DNA of 64,000 nucleotides. Origin: Myxococcota bacterium (GTDB lineage: Bacteria > Myxococcota_C > UBA6777). Below the pieces are notes generated by a model that worked only from the letters and a program-made list of their open reading frames with translations, was not told the DNA's origin and ran no database searches. Positions within the stretch are counted from its first letter, which is position 1. Each line of letters starts with the position of its first letter. The DNA is taken from positions 1 to 64,000 of the forward strand of contig JAKLKB010000016.1 of NCBI GenBank assembly GCA_023150835.1, given 5' to 3'. A program made the position numbers and the translations under genes. Positions 40,398 to 49,544 of this stretch are shown here, piece by piece.

Positions 40398-41924
40398 ATG
40401 ACGACTTGGTCGAATGGCTATCGAACCGATGTCACTTATACACACGGTGTGTATCGAGAGATGACCCCGTTGCTTTTGGATTATGCTTCTTTGTGCCGAG
40501 GATACTTGCCCTTGCGCGAAGAAGAAAGCTTTACTTTCTGCGAGCTTGGATGCGGACATGGCGTCACGACCAGCCTTTTGGCCGCCGCCAATCCTCAAAG
40601 CGCCTTTTACGCCAACGACTTCAACCCCAACCATATCGCCACCGCACGCCATACCACCCAAGTAGCGGGACTTTCCAATATCGACTTTTACGATGATAGC
40701 TTTCAAGATTTTCTCCATGCTGATCTTCCGACTTTTGATTATATCGTTTTGCATGGAGTCTATTCTTGGGTCGCCGAACGCGAACGCAAAGCCATCCAAG
40801 CCTTTATCGAAAAGAAGCTACGCCCCGGTGGATTGGTCTATATCAGCTACAACACGCTCCCGGGCTGGGCCGCCCTTATGCCGATGCGCCAACTGATGGT
40901 CCAATACGCACAACGCTCCACCGCCGCCACTTGGCCGCAAAAGGTCCAAGACGCCTACCACCAGATCAAAGACCTCGCCAACCGCGATGTCCGCTTCTTT
41001 GAAGCCAACCCCGCAGCACGCCAATGGATCACCGATATCGAAGGCTCCGACCTCAACTACCTCCCCCACGAATACCTCAACGCCGCTTGGGAACCCATGT
41101 ACTTCAGCCAGATCGCCCGCGAACTCGCCGAGGCCAAAGTCAGCTACCTCGGACCCGCCTCCCAACTCGATCAGCTCGACTTTCTGAACCTCAACAACAG
41201 CACCATCGACGAACTCGCTTCCCTCCAAGATATCCCTTTCCGCGAAGATATCCGTGACTTCTACGTCAACCGCCGTTTTCGCAAGGATATCTTTGCGCGG
41301 GGCCTCTTTCCTCTCCCTGACGCCGAACAGATCGAATACCTTTCCTCGATGCGCTTTGTCCTCGCTGTCGCCCGTGAAACCGTCTCTTTGGAGCATCGCT
41401 TTACTGTCGGAACCCTGACGCTGTTGGCCCATGTCTACGAACCCATCGTCGATCTTCTTGCCCAAGGCCCCACATACCTCAGCGAGATCGTCGCCTTCAT
41501 GCACGAAAAAGGCGTCGAATCCAGCAAAGTCCACCAAGCACTGCGCTTGTTGACGGGCCTTGGCTACACCATGCCCCTTGTCTCCGAAGCCACCGTCGAT
41601 GCTCGCAAACAAAGCACCGACCGCTTTAATTCCTTTGTCATCTACCGCTCTCGCTTTTATAGCCAGATCAACTACCTCGCTTCTCCTCTGACGGGTGGCC
41701 CTGTGCATCTTAGCCGCATCTCACAGCTTTTCTTACTCGCCGAACGCGAACAACGCGAACCCATCGACCTGATCTGGGGCCTGCTTTCTTCCCAAGGCCA
41801 AACCATGATCAAAGACGGCGTAAGCCTCGAAACTCCCGAAGAAAATATCGCTTGGCTCCAAGAACTTCACGCCGAATTCCACCGCATGACCTTGCCTGCT
41901 CTGCATCGCCTTGGCATCGAATAG
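40398..41924 (+). CDS. Class I SAM methyltransferase with regulatory domain (rickettsial PKMT-like)
   Basis: CELGCGHG, FDYIVLHGVYSWV, GLVYISYNTLPGW, YLPHEYLN, RRFRKDIF. Confidence 0.85.
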   Translation: MTTWSNGYRTDVTYTHGVYREMTPLLLDYASLCRGYLPLREEESFTFCELGCGHGVTTSLLAAANPQSAFYANDFNPNHIATARHTTQVAGLSNIDFYDDSFQDFLHADLPTFDYIVLHGVYSWVAERERKAIQAFIEKKLRPGGLVYISYNTLPGWAALMPMRQLMVQYAQRSTAATWPQKVQDAYHQIKDLANRDVRFFEANPAARQWITDIEGSDLNYLPHEYLNAAWEPMYFSQIARELAEAKVSYLGPASQLDQLDFLNLNNSTIDELASLQDIPFREDIRDFYVNRRFRKDIFARGLFPLPDAEQIEYLSSMRFVLAVARETVSLEHRFTVGTLTLLAHVYEPIVDLLAQGPTYLSEIVAFMHEKGVESSKVHQALRLLTGLGYTMPLVSEATVDARKQSTDRFNSFVIYRSRFYSQINYLASPLTGGPVHLSRISQLFLLAEREQREPIDLIWGLLSSQGQTMIKDGVSLETPEENIAWLQELHAEFHRMTLPALHRLGIE

Positions 41925-42001
41925 ACACCAACACGGGGCCAAGTGGGCCGTGACAAGGAAGCGGGCCGCTACCACGCCCCACAAAATAAGCCAACTGCAT
42001 C

Positions 42002-42094
42002 ATACGATCTCCGCCTGTTTCGCACACGAAAAACGTAGAAACCCCCTGTGGCTGCCCGACCACAGGGCGTCTACAGCTTCTCTCGAATATCGTA
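42002..42094 (+). mobile_element. MITE-like element, family A (short form)
   Basis: ATACGATCTCCG / CGAATATCGTA ends; CCCCCTGTGGCTGCCC..GGGCGTCTAC core. Confidence 0.65.
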
Positions 42095-42125
42095 GAAGCC
42101 CCGTCCTAAAAAGAAAGAAAGCAAA

Positions 42126-42893
42126 ATGTCCGAATCCATCGAATCTTTACGCAAACGCGCAGCCGAAGCACTCCAAGTACGCGACCTTGAGACGGCCCGT
42201 CAACTCTACGAAGAAGCTGCCGCTGAACAAGGCTTTGATATCCAAGCCACCTTACGACAAGGTCTGATGCTTTTGGAAGGAAAGTCTTTTCAAGAAGCCG
42301 TCGCGCTTTTGCTGCGTGTCGTCGAAGCCTGCCCGCTCGAAGTGGATGCTTTGCTTGGTCTGACACGCGTCTCGCTTTTTCTCGGTCGCCTCCAAGACGC
42401 CGAAAACTACCTCGTCGGAGCCAAACATCTCGCCCCTGAACACGGGGTGGTGTACGCCCTACAAGGTCTTTTGCACGAGATCAAAGGTCAACTTGCCGAA
42501 GCCTTGGCTTGCGCAGAACAAGCCGCCGCCCTTCAACCCAACGACTTCCTTGTCTCCTTCAATTATGGCCGACTCTTGGGCCAAGATCGCCGTTACGAAC
42601 AGGCTGCCGAACAACTCTTACAAGCCATTAAACAAAAGCCTGATAGCTACGAAGCCCATTACGCGCTGGGCATTACCTACGTCCAACGCGGCCTTTTGAC
42701 ATCCGCCATCGCGATCTTTGAGACCGCCCTCAAACTCGCCCCCACCGATCCTGACGCTTACGCCACTCTCGCCGATGTCCTTGTCCGCGCCAATGATCCC
42801 GCCCAAGCCCGCGAAGTCCTTGACGAAGGCATCCGCTTTTGCGGCCCTCATCCCGGACTCCTCCAAAAACGCGACACCCTCCCAACCGCATAA
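42126..42893 (+). CDS. TPR protein paralogous to the N-terminal half of 38939-40324
   Basis: Shared DALLGL.R.S.F.G, DFL..FNYGRLL, YATLADVL.R and CG.HP.LL.K. Confidence 0.9.
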   Translation: MSESIESLRKRAAEALQVRDLETARQLYEEAAAEQGFDIQATLRQGLMLLEGKSFQEAVALLLRVVEACPLEVDALLGLTRVSLFLGRLQDAENYLVGAKHLAPEHGVVYALQGLLHEIKGQLAEALACAEQAAALQPNDFLVSFNYGRLLGQDRRYEQAAEQLLQAIKQKPDSYEAHYALGITYVQRGLLTSAIAIFETALKLAPTDPDAYATLADVLVRANDPAQAREVLDEGIRFCGPHPGLLQKRDTLPTA

Positions 42894-42924
42894 ATCTTTT
42901 CGCCGTCCCAGTCCATCCTTGCGA

Positions 42925-44523
42925 TCAAAGATCGGTACATCCCGACAAGCATGAGACAGCTTGCGTTTGTGCAGCAGTAAAAGGCTTGTCTTTCAGCGGA
43001 ATCCTCGGTTGCTGTAGCAGGAGAACGACCACAGTCGTTCCCCCCAACAACACCAGAAGCCCACCGGCACCAAATAAGATATCTGCCGCGATCACTTTAT
43101 GATAACCATCCATCCACGGGCGGCTGATCTGCACAGCCGTCACCTCTGCGGCACTCACTTTCCCTTGGCTCTCTGCAAAGTCCTTCGATCCCAACGCACC
43201 CAGACCGATCCCTGTCCCGATCGCAAGAACCCCCACCCCCGCAACCACCCAACCCGCAACCAGCAGCGGAGAGATCGGTTTCGGCAGTGGTTTCGGGCGG
43301 CTTCGCGGCTTGGAGGCAAGCTGCAATGCCGCCAACATCGTGCGTGCGCTTTGCTGACGCGCAGCTGTTTTTGTGCTCTTGTGGGCGAGGTATCTTTGCA
43401 ACAGCACGATCGCCTGTTTTTGGGAAGGCGGTTTCTTTTCTTGCGCAAACACCCGCCCTCGCCAGTACAACAGCTCTCCTTGGATCTCCAAGACTTCTTT
43501 TCCCATCCCCTTCACTTCTTCTTCTGCTTCTCGAAAAAAAGAAAGAGCTTGCTCCCCTGCCCCTTCTCTTACCGCCTCGATTCCTCTTTGCATAAACAAG
43601 GTTGCGCTCTCGATCCGAACGACCTGTTCTTCTTCTTCGGCTTTTTTTTGCCAAAAGATCCGAAGTTCCTGTTTTTTGATTTTTTGCAGCAATTTTTTCG
43701 CATTTTGATAAAGCAACAGCTTTTCCGAAGATCCGCCCGCAGTTTTGGCCTCCAATCGAAAAGAACGTGCTTCAAAAAGATGATACAACGAGCTTTTGGA
43801 GACATCCTGATTTTTCCAGCCCAACACTAATTTATAACGCGGCAACCATCGCGTCATCTCCAAAAGCCGTTCTTTTTCAAAGGCTAAACCCAACATCCGC
43901 AACACTTGCTCATGCGCAAGATGTTCCAATCGCGGAACCGAGGCTTTGACGGTCTTTTCTAGCGACTCAACTCGACCCACACTCGACTTCACATAACTTT
44001 CCCACAACTGCTTTGCTTGCGTCCAGTGTTCCCAACCTCCGATCGAATAATGGCAAAATCCTAAATAAAATCGTAAACCATTACGAAACGGTTCCCACTT
44101 TTCTTCTCGCGGCAACAAGATCCGAGCGCTTTGAAACAATTCCAGCGCCGCGTCGTATCTCTTTTCCGAATACGCTTGCATCCCTTTTGAATAGGCTTCG
44201 ATCGCTGGATGAGATTGCGCAAACGCACGCCCTGAATCCGATCCCACCCCAAACAAAAAAACGACAAAGCAACAGAAACGAAGCAGCCCACCAAAAAAGC
44301 CGCGCCCGCGCCCATCCAAGCGACACCGTTGTCTGTGTGGAAAACGCTGCTCTCTTCGCTGGTATGGGCCCAAAAGGGCGGCGCTCCCTTGCGGGGCGTG
44401 GAGCAGAGTCCCACAAAAACGGTCCAACCACGCCATCGCAAAACAACGCCGCGCTCGTTGTAACGTCCCCAAAAAGCAACTGCTTGTTTTTCTGTGCTTT
44501 ACTTGGTCGTTTTTCTGATTCAT
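42925..44523 (-). CDS. TPR-like exported protein with C-terminal Gly-rich TM hairpin; start uncertain
   Basis: AYSKGMQAYSEKRYDAALELFQSA; GWVVAGVGVLAIGTGIGLG..ADILFGAGG tail; lies directly downstream of the kinase. Confidence 0.7.
   Translation of the reverse strand: MNQKNDQVKHRKTSSCFLGTLQRARRCFAMAWLDRFCGTLLHAPQGSAALLGPYQRREQRFPHRQRCRLDGRGRGFFGGLLRFCCFVVFLFGVGSDSGRAFAQSHPAIEAYSKGMQAYSEKRYDAALELFQSARILLPREEKWEPFRNGLRFYLGFCHYSIGGWEHWTQAKQLWESYVKSSVGRVESLEKTVKASVPRLEHLAHEQVLRMLGLAFEKERLLEMTRWLPRYKLVLGWKNQDVSKSSLYHLFEARSFRLEAKTAGGSSEKLLLYQNAKKLLQKIKKQELRIFWQKKAEEEEQVVRIESATLFMQRGIEAVREGAGEQALSFFREAEEEVKGMGKEVLEIQGELLYWRGRVFAQEKKPPSQKQAIVLLQRYLAHKSTKTAARQQSARTMLAALQLASKPRSRPKPLPKPISPLLVAGWVVAGVGVLAIGTGIGLGALGSKDFAESQGKVSAAEVTAVQISRPWMDGYHKVIAADILFGAGGLLVLLGGTTVVVLLLQQPRIPLKDKPFTAAQTQAVSCLSGCTDL
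44290..44420 (+). mobile_element. Degenerate family B element inside the 5' part of ORF 42925-44523
   Basis: CAAGCGACA..TTGTCTGTGTG.AAAAC..GCTCTCTTCGC..CCCTTGCGGGGCGTGG..CCCACAAAA aligns with 4620-4741. Confidence 0.65.
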
Positions 44524-44544
44524 GATCCGCCTATCAACAACATC

Positions 44545-46797
44545 TTATTCCTCAACAAACTGACACACCAACGGAGCCTCTTCTGGCGTCATAATCAGCG
44601 GAGCCACCAGATGCACTTCTTGTTCACGCACCGCCTTCCACACAAACGAGCAATGGCGCGTTCCTTTCCGAAAACGAAAGGAATAGTTTTTTCCCCAGCT
44701 TCCCCAAAAGATCGGTTTGCCTTTCAACCTGCGCTTTCCGTTGCGTCCTGTATAAAGCGCAAATCCTCTTTCGTTGGCTTTCCATTTGAGCGGCACTTGC
44801 GACAGTTTGCGCATCTCTTGTTGCAGCGTCGCTCGTTCTTTTGCGCTCCATGTTCTCGCCTTTTGTAAAACGCCGAACCATCGACCCGCCTCTCGGCAAT
44901 CGGCGCTTCCTGCGGGCAAGGCCAGCTTCTCGCAACCTGCTTTCTCTTTTGCACTTTGTGCCAAAAGACGCACCACTTCCACAAAAAGAGGGGTGTTTTC
45001 TTTGAACTTCTCTTTGATGGAGTGCAACAATTCGTATGCTTCTTTCCACTTTTTTTGTTTGATTTCTTGCTTTGCTCGCATAAGCAAGCCCGCCGAAGAA
45101 GGCGGCTCCACGGGCCGAACCGCTGCACGCATCGCGGATGGCCGAGCCTCCGCTACACGTACAAGCGCTGGCTGTTCTTCGCGCCGCTTTGCAGGCCGAA
45201 TGTCTTGCCCGACAGGCTTTTTTCGCTCCAAGGCGTGATGTATCGCCCCTGTTTGTGGGGGTTTCTTGCTTGTTGCGTGGGATCGCTCAGACGGAGGCGT
45301 GGGGCGCACCGCCTCCATCCGCGAAAAACCACCCCACATCCAAAACAGCACTCCGCCTATCGCCACAGCGCCCAATCCGCCCAAGATCACGGTACTTCGG
45401 CGCGCCGAAGTCGGGACTTCCGCCAGAAAAGAATCATGCGGCGCGACCTTGGGTGGGCCAAACGGAAGCGAAGACGATGCCTGTGTGGGCGTATCTGTCG
45501 CCACAGGTCGCTCTTTTGTTTGCTCCCAAAGCGAGTGACTTTCTCGATCAAAAGAAGCGGGTTTTTCTTCGGAAACAACCAAGATCCCCCCGCTTCTGCC
45601 CGATGAATCTTCTGTTTGAGACGATCCCCGTTCCAACGTGGCTTGGGCCTGAACGGCTTTACGCTCCGAGGCCTGTCCTGTTCGCAGCGGCAATGTCGAA
45701 CCGATCCAATCCTCGGCATCTCCCCCTTCTTCGGATCGGCTCGCTTCCCTCCCCTGTTGCACAGGCGCTTCCCTCCCCCGTTCCACAGGCAAAAAGACCA
45801 CTTTGTGACTCGCGGATCTGGACGCTGGCTCAGAGAGCGAGCTTTTGTGGCTTGCGGATCTGGACGCTGGATCGGACAGTGAGCTTGTGAGTGCATCGCG
45901 AAACGCCATCGCCGAGGGAAAGCGATCGTCAACATCTTTCGACAAAGCGCACGCCACCACCGATTCGAGCGCTTCTGAAAAAAAGGCTTCTGGACATAAG
46001 TCTCGAAGCATCGGTGCTTTTTCCGCACGATGCTTTTCTAAGATCTCTTGCGCACTGTTTCCATCAAACGGTAGATTCCCTGTCAAAGCCCAAGCCAACA
46101 TCACACCCGCCGCATAGATATCCGTCGCAGGCCCGATCTGCTGAAGATCGCCGCGCACTTGTTCTGGAGCCATAAAGAAGGGCGTCCCCATCATGATCCC
46201 CGAACGTGTCAATTGCTGCGTCGCTTCCGCCTTCGCGATCCCAAAGTCCAAGATCTTCACCATCTCCATCCCATGATGGTGGATCAACATGACGTTTTGA
46301 GGCTTTAGATCCCGATGCACGATGTTTTTTCGGTGGACGTATTGCAGGCCATCCAATAACTGCGCAAAGACCTTTTGCACTTTTTCTGACGGCAAACGCT
46401 TCTTGCTTTCCGCCTCCACGATCTGCTGTAGCGTCCGACCATCCAGCCATTCCATCACCAGATAATGCCCCAATCGCTCGATCCATCCGTACTCGAATGT
46501 CCTCACCACATGCGGATGCTGCATCTCTGTCTGTAGCTTGGCTTCGCGCTCAAAACGCGCCACGATCGTCGCTTGGTTGGTCAGTTCTTCACGCAACACC
46601 TTGATCGCAACAGGGATCTGCGTTTCATGGATACACCCTTGGTACACCGTACCGAATCCCCCCGAACTCAGCGGACGCACCAACCGATACGTTCCACCAA
46701 GTGTCTGGAGATACATACTACAGTTGCGGCAAAACAAACTGCCATTCAAGTTCGCTGTCTGGCAGTTTGGACATGCGAAAAGCTCATGGTTGCTCAT
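44545..46797 (-). CDS. Membrane Ser/Thr protein kinase with N-terminal zinc ribbon
   Basis: CPNC..CRNC; GGFGTVY, VAIK, HRDLKPQN, DFG, MAPEQ; one TM segment and an extracytoplasmic domain. Confidence 0.95.
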   Translation of the reverse strand: MSNHELFACPNCQTANLNGSLFCRNCSMYLQTLGGTYRLVRPLSSGGFGTVYQGCIHETQIPVAIKVLREELTNQATIVARFEREAKLQTEMQHPHVVRTFEYGWIERLGHYLVMEWLDGRTLQQIVEAESKKRLPSEKVQKVFAQLLDGLQYVHRKNIVHRDLKPQNVMLIHHHGMEMVKILDFGIAKAEATQQLTRSGIMMGTPFFMAPEQVRGDLQQIGPATDIYAAGVMLAWALTGNLPFDGNSAQEILEKHRAEKAPMLRDLCPEAFFSEALESVVACALSKDVDDRFPSAMAFRDALTSSLSDPASRSASHKSSLSEPASRSASHKVVFLPVERGREAPVQQGREASRSEEGGDAEDWIGSTLPLRTGQASERKAVQAQATLERGSSQTEDSSGRSGGILVVSEEKPASFDRESHSLWEQTKERPVATDTPTQASSSLPFGPPKVAPHDSFLAEVPTSARRSTVILGGLGAVAIGGVLFWMWGGFSRMEAVRPTPPSERSHATSKKPPQTGAIHHALERKKPVGQDIRPAKRREEQPALVRVAEARPSAMRAAVRPVEPPSSAGLLMRAKQEIKQKKWKEAYELLHSIKEKFKENTPLFVEVVRLLAQSAKEKAGCEKLALPAGSADCREAGRWFGVLQKARTWSAKERATLQQEMRKLSQVPLKWKANERGFALYTGRNGKRRLKGKPIFWGSWGKNYSFRFRKGTRHCSFVWKAVREQEVHLVAPLIMTPEEAPLVCQFVEE

Positions 46798-47097
46798 GCA
46801 AAAGACGCCCTTTGTCCAAAAAGTACCGTGTGCGCGCTCTGCCTCCTGTGCGCCTTCGTTCTTGATCGTGTATGTGATCTTGCGTCGACTCCCCTCTCCT
46901 GCGCGAGTCGACACCTCCACAACACAAACACCCAACAAACGGACTTCCTCCTTGGAAGACTGTGTTTGTCTTTAGCACGCTCTGGTTTGTCTTGCCAAGT
47001 TGCTTGCTCTCTCCTTCTTGCAAAAAGTCCCTGCTCTCACCTGTTCTCCTCAGACAAAAAGCTCCATCGAAGCCCTCTGTTCTTCCGAGAAAAAAAG

Positions 47098-47126
47098 TTG
47101 CACACCTTGCGGTGCGCGTATATCTT
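47098..47126 (+). promoter_or_regulatory. Candidate sigma70-type promoter
   Basis: TTGCAC-17 bp-TATCTT, 37 bp before the ATG at 47164. Confidence 0.4.
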
Positions 47127-47163
47127 CGTGCGTCGTACTTCTTGACTTGGAGCTTTTTGTTCA

Positions 47164-49500
47164 ATGAAATCTGTGTGGCGGGTCTGTTGGCTGCTCTTGT
47201 GTTGGAACTTCTTGACGTGCGCCCCACCGCCACCTCCCGATCTGGATCTTTATCCCTGCGAACAAGACTCCGATTGCCAACTCCCCAACGGGCGGATACT
47301 TCAATGTTGCCAAGATCAAAGCCTTCGCCGATGTTGCGTCCCCAACCAAGACTATTGCTGTCGCTCGGATGGAAAGCCCCAGATCTGCCCGATATCTCCG
47401 CCTTATCCACCTCAAACACCTTGTCAAGACGGAAAGCTCTCTTTCGATGGCACCCGATGGAACCCTTGCCTTGGCGCTGTCTCTGAACAAAAAGAGCGCT
47501 GCAACGGCCTCGATGACGATTGCGACGGCCAGATCGACGAAGATTGGCCCCTCAAAGGCACCCGCTGTTTTGTCGGGCCTCCTCTCTCCAATTGCGAAGT
47601 CGGCGGGTCTTGGATCTGCGATCCTTCCGACCCAAACGAGCTGATCTGTTCTGCGCGGCAACCACTCACTTCTTCTGCAAGCATCGAGATCTGCGACAAC
47701 AAAGACAACGATTGTGACGGAAGCGCTGAACAAAAAGCCTGCTATCCGCCTTCTTCAGGGCAATGCCCTTTCCCCGTCGACGCCAAACAAGAATGTTGCC
47801 GCTTCTTCGTTCGTAGCAGCGAGGAATGTGTGGGTTGCGTCCTTGCCCAAAACCAAACACCTTCTGATCGCTCTTCCGCTTATCTCTGTCACGGCCTTTG
47901 TCAGGCAGGCATACAACGTTGTTCCTCCGATCAAACCTTTGGCGAGTGCAACCAACCCATCCTCCCAAAGCCCGAAGAATGCGACAACAAAGACAACGAC
48001 TGTGACGGCCTTGTCGACGAAGGTTGCCCATGCGATCAGATCGGCGCTTTCCGACCCTGTTATCAAGGACGCCCGGGAACCCTCGGATGGTCGGGAGATC
48101 CACGCGATCCTCTTCGCCTTGCCTTGCTCTATACCTTTGGAACACTCGGACGTATCGGCGCAACCTGCCGATTTGGCATACAAAAGTGCATCGCAGACGC
48201 CAGCGGTCGACGCCGTTGGGATCACCAATGCGTCCAACAGATCACCAACGAAACCAAAGACTGCACCTCTCCCCAAACACCCGACAACAACTGCGATGGA
48301 CATGTGGACCCGCAAACCCCCTCTTGCCCTTGCACTGAGGGCACACAACGCCTCTGCTACACCGGCCCTATTGGAACTGAGTACAAAGGCATCTGTACAA
48401 CAGGCACACAATCCTGCAAAGACGGTCGATGGACTTCTTGCGAGGGACAAAAAACCCCTTCGCTGCTTGAGATCTGCGGCAATCTCCAAGACGACAATTG
48501 CAACGGGCTGATCGATGAGTTCTGTCCCTGCCAGCCAGAACAAACACCACTCTCTTGCTACACGGGACCCCCACAAACGCTCGACCCTTCCACCCAAAAA
48601 CCGCGTGGAAACTGCAAAGCAGGGAAACAATCTTGTTTTAAAACCCCCGATGGTCGGAGTTATTGGGAAGCCAAGTGCGAAGGCCAGATCACGCCCACCC
48701 CAGAGTCTTGCAACGCCCAAGACGACGACTGCGACGGCCAAGTCGACAACATACACGTGCTCGACAACGACACCTTTCGCTCTGTACCGCTCCAACGCAG
48801 ATGCTCTTACATCGAACCCGATCCAGCCAAAAAGACCGAAGGCATCGGCCTTTGCAAAGCAGATTATCAGCAGTGCCGCGACGGCGCATGGACTCCTTGC
48901 CAAGGCGGCCAATCCCCCCGCCCCGATATCTTCGGACGCGCCTGCTCATCCGCCAGCACCAAAGAACCCGACACCAATTGCGACGGACTCAGCGAACCCT
49001 GTTGCCCGAACAATTGTAGTGCCGGAGACGAGTGTGCGCCTTGTGGCGTCTCCCGCTGCGAACGGAACTCTTGTAGCACCAAGTGCCCTGACAACTGCGC
49101 CTCCGACAACGACTGCCTCAAAACTGTTTGCGCGGACAAGATCTTTTGCATCAACAGCCGCTGCAACAGCCGACCCTACGCTTGTTCCGACACTCCTTGC
49201 TCTTCCAACAACGACTGCTACTGCCGCCCCAAATACAACCTCTGCCTCTTGGGGCGATGTGTTCACCCAGATATCTGCCCAACCACTTGCAGCCGCGACG
49301 AAGATTGCAACCAACACCCCGCCTGCCTAAGCCAACAACGCAACGAATGTGTCCAAGGTATTTGTGCCTCTCGTGAGCGTGGCTTTCCTGCTTGCCCAGC
49401 CCAATGCACCGATCACGAAGCCTGTCAAGTCCCCGCTTGTGGAGAACGCCTCGCTTGCCTCCAAGGCTCCTGCCAAAAAATCCCCCCACTCCCCCCCTAA
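47164..49500 (+). CDS. Cys-rich lipoprotein with E.C.xxDxDCDGxxDE (MopE-related putative metal-binding) repeats
   Basis: FLTC lipobox-like site; CNGLDDDCDGQIDE, CDNKDNDCDGLVDE; C-terminal CxxDxDC repeats. Confidence 0.85.
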   Translation: MKSVWRVCWLLLCWNFLTCAPPPPPDLDLYPCEQDSDCQLPNGRILQCCQDQSLRRCCVPNQDYCCRSDGKPQICPISPPYPPQTPCQDGKLSFDGTRWNPCLGAVSEQKERCNGLDDDCDGQIDEDWPLKGTRCFVGPPLSNCEVGGSWICDPSDPNELICSARQPLTSSASIEICDNKDNDCDGSAEQKACYPPSSGQCPFPVDAKQECCRFFVRSSEECVGCVLAQNQTPSDRSSAYLCHGLCQAGIQRCSSDQTFGECNQPILPKPEECDNKDNDCDGLVDEGCPCDQIGAFRPCYQGRPGTLGWSGDPRDPLRLALLYTFGTLGRIGATCRFGIQKCIADASGRRRWDHQCVQQITNETKDCTSPQTPDNNCDGHVDPQTPSCPCTEGTQRLCYTGPIGTEYKGICTTGTQSCKDGRWTSCEGQKTPSLLEICGNLQDDNCNGLIDEFCPCQPEQTPLSCYTGPPQTLDPSTQKPRGNCKAGKQSCFKTPDGRSYWEAKCEGQITPTPESCNAQDDDCDGQVDNIHVLDNDTFRSVPLQRRCSYIEPDPAKKTEGIGLCKADYQQCRDGAWTPCQGGQSPRPDIFGRACSSASTKEPDTNCDGLSEPCCPNNCSAGDECAPCGVSRCERNSCSTKCPDNCASDNDCLKTVCADKIFCINSRCNSRPYACSDTPCSSNNDCYCRPKYNLCLLGRCVHPDICPTTCSRDEDCNQHPACLSQQRNECVQGICASRERGFPACPAQCTDHEACQVPACGERLACLQGSCQKIPPLPP

Positions 49501-49544
49501 GACAACACTCGCATCTACTCACAAAAGCACGCCTTCCTGCCGAG

